DNA of 30,972 nt, taken from positions 1 to 30,972 of the forward strand of contig JAYTEJ010000101.1 of NCBI GenBank assembly GCA_043735365.1, given 5' to 3'. Positions within the stretch are counted from its first letter, which is position 1. Every line of letters starts with the position of its first letter. The translations under genes were made by a program, and so were the position numbers. Source of the stretch: Acidobacteriota bacterium (GTDB taxonomy: Bacteria; Acidobacteriota; Vicinamibacteria; Vicinamibacterales; 2-12-FULL-66-21). Below the pieces are notes generated by a model. The model saw only the letters and a list, made by a program, of their open reading frames with translations, made no database searches and was not told the origin of the DNA. Positions 25,615 through 30,972 of the stretch are shown here, piece after piece.

Positions 25615-25647
25615 CTGGATTTTGCAGCGGAAGGACGACACCTCTCA

Positions 25648-27444
25648 GTGAGCCAGGGCATCCCCTCGGACAGCGCCGAGGCCGGCGCGGCGCCCGGCGC
25701 CACCGCGGCCGAACACGACCTCGTCACTACCCTGTTCGACCTGGGCCGGCAGGTGACCAGTGTGCTCGACCTCGATGAGCTGCTGCACCAGATTCCGCGG
25801 CTCATCGGCAGGCTGATTTCCTTCGAGGCCTTCGCGGTCTACCTCCTTGACGATCGCCGCGCCGAGCTGCGCGCGGCCTATTCGGTGGGCTATCCCGACA
25901 GCGACCGGCCGCTGCGGCTGAAGCTCGGCACCGGCCTCATCGGTGCCGCCATCTCCAGCGAGCAGCCGCTCCTCGTCAACGACCTGCTGGCGGACTCCCG
26001 CTACATCGAGGCCGTTCCCGGGATGCACTCGGAAGTGGTAGTGCCGCTGATGCACAAGTCGCGGCCGATCGGCGCGCTCAACATCCTCAGCCGCAACCCC
26101 GGTCACTTCATCCCCCGCGACGTCGAGATCGTGCGCCAGTTCGCCGCCCATGTCGCCGTGGCGCTGATCAACGCCAGGCTCTTCGAGCGCAGCCGCAGCG
26201 ACACCGAGGCGTTCGAGACGCTCGCCGAGATCGCGCACGAAGTGGCCTCGGTCCTCGACCTGGACGAGCTGTTCGCGCGGATCGCCCAGCTGACCAAGCG
26301 GCTGATCGACTATCGCACCTTCGGCATCCTGCTCCTCGACGAAGCCAGCGGCGAGCTCGAGATGAAGCTCGCGCTCCAGTACGGTGAAAAGGTGCAGGTG
26401 CCGCCGCTGCGGCTCGGCGAAGGGCTGGTCGGCTACGCGGCGCTCCACCGCGAGCCGGTGCTGGTGTCGGACGTCTCGCAGGACCCGCGCTACATCAAGC
26501 TGGTGCCCGATGTCCGCTCGGAGCTGGCCATCCCGCTGCTGCTCAAGGATCGCTGCATCGGCGTCGTCGATCTCGAGAGCCCCGAGCTCGACGCCTTCAG
26601 CAAACGCGACGTCGAAATCCTCACCCTGCTCGCCAGCCAGGCGGCGGTGGCCATCGAGAACGCGCGGCTCTATGAGGAAGTGCGCTCGAACGAGGAGCGG
26701 CTGGAGAAGGAGCTGCGCTTCGCCCAGCGGGTGCAGACCGCGTTGCTGCCCACCGGTCCGCCGAAGCGCCTCAAGGGTATCGATGTTGCCGCCGCGTTCG
26801 CGCCCGCGCGCGAGCTCGGCGGCGACTTCCACGACTACCTGTCGCCGGAGTCCAACACGCTGGTGGTGGCCGTTGGCGACGTCTCAGGAAAGGGAGTGCC
26901 GGCGGCGCTCTACAGCGTCTTCGCCGCGGAGCTGATACGCGGCCGCACCTTCCGGCGGCGCTACCTGCCCGACCGCTCGAGCCCCGCCGGCGTGCTCTCG
27001 TCGGTCAATACCATCCTGCAGCAGCGTCAACTCGAGGAGTACTACTGTACGCTCTGCTACGTGGTCTTCGATCTCAAGCGCCGCTCGATGACGATGGCCA
27101 ACTCCGGCCTGCCCTATCCGATTCGGTGCACCGGCGACAGCTGCGGCCAGATCGAGCTTCCCGGAGTGCCGCTCGGGGCGTTGCAGGGATCGACCTACGA
27201 CGAAGTCACCTTCGCGCTGCACGCCGGCGATCTCTTCGTGTTCTGCACCGACGGGGTCTCCGAGGCGATGAACGCGCGCGGCCAGGAGTTCGAGGCCTCG
27301 CGCCTGCTCGAGGTCGTCGGCAAGGTCCGCGATCAGCCGCCCGCCACCGTCGTCGGGGCGATCTTTGACGCAGTACATGCCTGGCGCGGCGATACGCCCC
27401 CGAACGACGACATGACCGCTGTCGCCGTCCGCATCACCACCTGA
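25648..27444 (+). CDS. GAF-GAF-SpoIIE (RsbU/RsbP-type PP2C) phosphatase
   Basis: Two GAF repeats; ELGGDFHD, AVGDVSGKG, FCTDGVSEA, DDMTAV intact. Confidence 0.92.
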   Translation: MSQGIPSDSAEAGAAPGATAAEHDLVTTLFDLGRQVTSVLDLDELLHQIPRLIGRLISFEAFAVYLLDDRRAELRAAYSVGYPDSDRPLRLKLGTGLIGAAISSEQPLLVNDLLADSRYIEAVPGMHSEVVVPLMHKSRPIGALNILSRNPGHFIPRDVEIVRQFAAHVAVALINARLFERSRSDTEAFETLAEIAHEVASVLDLDELFARIAQLTKRLIDYRTFGILLLDEASGELEMKLALQYGEKVQVPPLRLGEGLVGYAALHREPVLVSDVSQDPRYIKLVPDVRSELAIPLLLKDRCIGVVDLESPELDAFSKRDVEILTLLASQAAVAIENARLYEEVRSNEERLEKELRFAQRVQTALLPTGPPKRLKGIDVAAAFAPARELGGDFHDYLSPESNTLVVAVGDVSGKGVPAALYSVFAAELIRGRTFRRRYLPDRSSPAGVLSSVNTILQQRQLEEYYCTLCYVVFDLKRRSMTMANSGLPYPIRCTGDSCGQIELPGVPLGALQGSTYDEVTFALHAGDLFVFCTDGVSEAMNARGQEFEASRLLEVVGKVRDQPPATVVGAIFDAVHAWRGDTPPNDDMTAVAVRITT

Positions 27445-27449
27445 ACGCC

Positions 27450-27815
27450 TCAGCGCCGCCGGAAGTTGATGCCGGTCTGCTCCAGATGCAGGCCGACCGA
27501 AGAACCCCCGAACGTGGCGATGTCGCTGACCCGTCCCTTGACGCGCACGTGGGCGCCGCGGGTCGGCACCCGGCCGTGCTGCGCCAGCACCGTCATCTCC
27601 CCGGTCCCGTCGTCGACCTTATAGAGTTTGAAGGGCATCAGCGGCACCCCCCAGGAGCTGGTCACGACGCCGTCGATGGAGACGGTGCGGTTCTGATACC
27701 GGCCGGGGTTGTACTTCAGCTCGGCGACGCTCGGGTGTCCGGTCGTCAGCGCGCAGCCCGAAAGCGTTGCGACGAGCGCAAGCGGTGCGAGACGCCGCCA
27801 GATCGATCCTGCCAT
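27450..27815 (-). CDS. Small lipoprotein with extracytoplasmic OB-fold-like domain
   Basis: Lipobox LSG-C, VSIDGVV, YKVDDGTGEMTV, VRVKGRV. AGGAGG SD. Confidence 0.8.
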   Translation of the reverse strand: MAGSIWRRLAPLALVATLSGCALTTGHPSVAELKYNPGRYQNRTVSIDGVVTSSWGVPLMPFKLYKVDDGTGEMTVLAQHGRVPTRGAHVRVKGRVSDIATFGGSSVGLHLEQTGINFRRR

Positions 27816-28088
27816 GACACCCTCCTGAAAAATGCAAGCGCCGCGCGGAATCGGAGAAATGAGGCGGGATGCGGCGATGCCAGCGCCTGCCTGAGTTACG
27901 CACCCCGTTGATTCCGCGCGACATCTGTCGCTACATCAAACCGCGTGCCCGGCATGCCGCGGAGAATCTCCCAGCAAACCGCGGGCCCGGCCGGTTGCTC
28001 GTCCATTCGAGTGGACGACAGGTGACCTCGCGTCGGGACGCGGCGTCGGTGGAGCAGCAGCGCAGGAACGGCCGGCGGGCCGAGCTCG

Positions 28089-29300
28089 TCAGAAGCGCTG
28101 GATCAGGCGGACGCCGGCGCGGTGGAGGCGGAGGCCGTCGGGCCGCCCGTCCTGGTAGTCGTAGGAGACGGTGAAGGAGGTCAGAGACGACGCCCAGACC
28201 TCCACCGCCGCGGTCCAGGTGTTGGCGTGAAAGAGCCCCAGGCGATCGACCGACAGCAGCTCGGGATGATCGAGGCCGCGGGTGTAGTCGCCGAGGAGGC
28301 GCAGCCGGTTCGGCAGCGTCACGGACAGCCCAACCGTGCCGGAGTTGACTCCGAGCGATGCGGATCCGTCAGGACTGGTGATGCTGCGGAAGTAGTTCGC
28401 GTGGGTTTCGAATCCCCGCGGCAGCCGCACCAGCACGCCGGGGCCGCCGAGCCACAGATCGGCGGTGGCGAAGTGGGCGTAACGGCTGGCGGCGCTCCAT
28501 GTCGCGCGGCCGGCGTCGACCGCGACGCTGCCGAAGACATCGGCGCGCGGCAGCACGGTCGTGTCGCTGGCGAAGCGTCCACCCGCCGCGACCCGCACAT
28601 CCGGGCGCGCGGCGAATTCGACACCGCCGCCGCCGCGGTTTTCCACGGTCGAGAATTTGCGCTGCCGCTCGGCGGTCGCGAAGACGCGAACCGCGTCGCT
28701 GGCGCGCAGGTTCAGCGACAGGTGTCCCGCGTGCGCGGACGGCACCTCGTGATCGAAGTTCTCGAAGACGTAGCCCGCCTCGACGCGATGGGCGTTGGCG
28801 GCCCGGAGGGCGCCCGCGCCGGCGCGGGCCTCGAGATTGCCCGGCGCGAGCGCCTGTGCCCGCAGGAAGTAGGCGTCGGCCAGCTGGCGCTGCCCGGCAG
28901 CGCCATGCAGCCGGCCTTGCGCCGCGAGCACGGCAGGATTATCCGGCGCCATGGCCTCGGCGCGATCCAGCGCGGTGGCAGCTTCCTCGTACCTCGCCGT
29001 CGTCACCAGCGCGTTGCCGAGCTCGACCAGCGCCTGCACATGGTCCGGGTGGACGGCGAGCACGGATCGGAAGACGTCGATGGCCCGCTGCGGATGGCCG
29101 AGGGCGGCGTGGAGCCGCCCAATCCAGATCCGCGCCTCGAGATCGTCGGGATTCGCCGCCGCGATCGCCTGGAACCCGGCAAGCGCCGCGGCGTTGTCGC
29201 CGGCCCGGGCCAGCCGCTCCGCTTCCGCACGGCGGTCGGGCCCCTGGGGGGCGGCCGACAGAAGCGTTACGAGCACGAGCGTCGAACAGACAGCGAGCAT
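28089..29300 (-). CDS. TPR-repeat protein fused to a YaiO-like outer-membrane beta-barrel
   Basis: Signal peptide, about 4 TPRs (NPDDLEARIWIG, HPDHVQALVELG, APDNPAVLAAQG), alternating beta strands and terminal Phe (LIQRF). Confidence 0.8.
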   Translation of the reverse strand: MLAVCSTLVLVTLLSAAPQGPDRRAEAERLARAGDNAAALAGFQAIAAANPDDLEARIWIGRLHAALGHPQRAIDVFRSVLAVHPDHVQALVELGNALVTTARYEEAATALDRAEAMAPDNPAVLAAQGRLHGAAGQRQLADAYFLRAQALAPGNLEARAGAGALRAANAHRVEAGYVFENFDHEVPSAHAGHLSLNLRASDAVRVFATAERQRKFSTVENRGGGGVEFAARPDVRVAAGGRFASDTTVLPRADVFGSVAVDAGRATWSAASRYAHFATADLWLGGPGVLVRLPRGFETHANYFRSITSPDGSASLGVNSGTVGLSVTLPNRLRLLGDYTRGLDHPELLSVDRLGLFHANTWTAAVEVWASSLTSFTVSYDYQDGRPDGLRLHRAGVRLIQRF

Positions 29301-29360
29301 GGCTGACCTCAGGAGTGAACATGCCGCACTGGCGGCCTGGCTGGATGCGGGAGCAGGCGA

Positions 29361-29369
29361 ATTGTACCA
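29361..29369 (-). promoter_or_regulatory. Extended -10 promoter candidate for the TPR/barrel gene
   Basis: Minus strand TG-g-TACAAT, 60 nt upstream of ATG 29300. Confidence 0.45.
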
Positions 29370-29378
29370 CTGCCCGAT

Positions 29379-29405
29379 TCAACCTTTTCCGGCGGGGTGC
29401 CGTCT
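29379..29405 (+). promoter_or_regulatory. ECF-sigma-type promoter candidate for the PDZ gene
   Basis: tcAAC-N17-CGTCt with a T-tract after AAC, the generic ECF -35/-10 pattern. Confidence 0.45.
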
Positions 29406-29479
29406 CATCGCCATGGCCCGCTCGAGACGCGGGCCCGAACCGTGGCGGGTGCACGGAACACGTCGCAGGAGGTTCGCAA

Positions 29480-30406
29480 ATGAGTGCTTCATGGAAGGGC
29501 GTCGCCGCCGCAGCGGTGCTGACCGCGGTCGCCGCGGCTGGCGCCTGGGCGCCGGCGCTAGAGGGGCAGGCGCGTGACGAACGTCCGCGGGCGCGCGTGA
29601 TGCAGCTGATCACCGGGCGCGGCAGCGAGATCGGCGTGTCGATTCGCGACCTGGACGAATCCGAAGGCAGCGCCGCCGCGGCGGGCCGGTCCGGCGTGCT
29701 GGTCGAAGAGGTGACCGCAGGCGGTCCGGCCGCCACTGCGGGCGTCAAGAAAGGGGACGTGGTCGTGGAGTTCGACGGCGAGCGCGTCCGCAGTGCGCGG
29801 CAGTTCTCGCGGCTGGTCGAGGAAACAGCGCTCGGCCGGAAAGTTCCCACGGTGGTGTCGCGGGACGGTCAACGGGTAACGGTGACGGTCGAGCCGTCCG
29901 AGAGCGACAGGATCCGCTTCGGCGGGGAGCTCGACGCCGCCCGGATGATGAGGGACTTCGACGGCGACTTCAGCGCCGTCTTCCCGCCCGCGCCTCCCGC
30001 CCCGCCGGCGCCGCCGCGCGCACCCGCCGTCCCGCCGGTGCCGCCCGTCCCGGCCGTGCCGAATCTCGATCGATTCATGTTCAGCAGCCAGGGGCGGCTC
30101 GGGATCACCATCAGCTCGCTGTCCGACCAGCTGGCCGGGTATTTCGGGGTCAAGCACGGGGTGCTGGTGACGGCCGTCCAGGAGCGCTCCGCGGCTGCCG
30201 CGGCCGGGTTCAAGGCAGGCGACGTGGTGACCTCCCTCAACGGCAGCGACGTCTCGGACCCGATGGAGCTCCGGCAGCGGAGTGCCCGCCTCGAGGACGG
30301 GTCGGACTTCACCGCCGGGGTGGTGCGGGACCACAAGACGATGACGTTGAAGGGGAAGATGCAGCGGCCGGCGACGGCGCGAAGAGCCACGCCGGTTTCG
30401 CCATGA
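29480..30406 (+). CDS. Secreted protein with two PDZ domains and a Pro-rich linker (no protease domain)
   Basis: AGGAGG SD, signal peptide, PDZ1 (EIGVSI...GVLVEEV..GGPAATAGVKKGDVV), PPAPPAPP linker, PDZ2 (RLGITI...GFKAGDVV). Confidence 0.85.
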   Translation: MSASWKGVAAAAVLTAVAAAGAWAPALEGQARDERPRARVMQLITGRGSEIGVSIRDLDESEGSAAAAGRSGVLVEEVTAGGPAATAGVKKGDVVVEFDGERVRSARQFSRLVEETALGRKVPTVVSRDGQRVTVTVEPSESDRIRFGGELDAARMMRDFDGDFSAVFPPAPPAPPAPPRAPAVPPVPPVPAVPNLDRFMFSSQGRLGITISSLSDQLAGYFGVKHGVLVTAVQERSAAAAAGFKAGDVVTSLNGSDVSDPMELRQRSARLEDGSDFTAGVVRDHKTMTLKGKMQRPATARRATPVSP

Positions 30407-30462
30407 TCGCCTGGGACGAGCCGCGTCAACTCCGGGACTGAGCGGCGAGGTGCGCGTCGCGC

Positions 30463-30972
30463 TCAGGCGCCGGTGGCCTCGACGCGGGCCTGGGCCCTGG
30501 CCGAGGGAGGGCCGACCAGGGTGGCGAGCTGCGCCGCGACGATCGCGGCGATGGCGAGCTTGCCGGCGTCCTCTTCGCCCGCCTGCCGCACTTCCGCCGC
30601 CATCACGCCCACGCATCCGGCCGGGGTGACCAGCGGCGCTGCGATGGCGCCGTTGGACACGGCGTCGGCTCTCACCGTCTGGAGCAGCGCGGTCCGGAAC
30701 GCCGAGGCGGTCGCGTTCTCCGCGTCGCGGCCAATCGTGCCCAGCCGGGACACCAGCTGCTGCGGATAACCATGAGTCACGACCGCGCTGAGCTCGCGGC
30801 CATCGGGATCGGCGATCCAAAGGACGATGCCGGGGGCGTCGAGTACGGCGGCGGCGCGCGCGAGCAGCGACGGCAGCGCCTGCGTGTCCACGACGCGGGC
30901 CAGGTCGGAGCACAGCGAGGCGACGCCGGGGAGATCGACGGGTGGAGCAGTGAGCGCCGCGGGGATCGGCGC
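30463..30972 (-). CDS. C-terminal GAF-like domain of a protein that runs off the right edge
   Basis: The frame is open from 30972 with no stop (APIPAALTAPPVDLPGVASLCSDLARVVDT...). GAF-like IVLWIADPDG, IAAPLVTPAGCVGVMAAE. Confidence 0.7.
   Translation of the reverse strand, partial: APIPAALTAPPVDLPGVASLCSDLARVVDTQALPSLLARAAAVLDAPGIVLWIADPDGRELSAVVTHGYPQQLVSRLGTIGRDAENATASAFRTALLQTVRADAVSNGAIAAPLVTPAGCVGVMAAEVRQAGEEDAGKLAIAAIVAAQLATLVGPPSARAQARVEATGA

Noticed and set aside
27970-28020. c-di-GMP-I (GEMM) riboswitch suggested by GCAAACC
   Set aside because: It lacks the GNRA tetraloop/receptor and downstream conserved motif, and is on the wrong strand for the adjacent gene.
28499-29479. N-terminal extensions of track ORFs (28499-30406, and likewise 8202-8855, 15285-16874, 17886-18578)
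   Set aside because: The extensions overlap opposite-strand genes and look like shadow sequence. Internal starts with an SD or stop-start coupling fit better.

Overview
GC-rich bacterial chromosome segment, probably Acidobacteriota (Vicinamibacteria-like). The lineage is inferred from gene content and cannot be checked without a database. Left to right it holds: the distal F1 ATP synthase operon (atpH fragment, atpA, G, D, C) running directly into a PP2C phosphatase, a wzm/wzt glycan exporter and a heptose adenylyltransferase; mfd, a SurA-like PPIase, an UpxY/RfaH-type NusG paralog and a DusB-like enzyme; a central regulatory island (16.5-21.3 kb); then SDR, EamA, YhaM-like, divergent FabZ, GAF-GAF-SpoIIE, OB-fold lipoprotein, TPR/beta-barrel and PDZ genes. 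The island is the most interesting part. It encodes a REC-containing FleQ-like sigma54 activator, a FliA/WhiG sigma28 factor, a BldC-like mini HTH protein, a stand-alone ~70-79 aa His-phosphoacceptor (DHp) protein and a PAS hybrid kinase. Candidate cis-wiring is readable in the DNA: paired GTCA-N6-TG(A/G)C sites, an IHF-like site and a -24/-12 promoter before the sigma28 gene, a third box before the activator, and a sigma28-like promoter before the two mini-genes. No flagellar structural genes occur in the window. A Trp-sticker disordered protein follows the activator. Inverted heptamer arrays sit inside two operons. No tRNA, rRNA, CRISPR array or transposase was seen.
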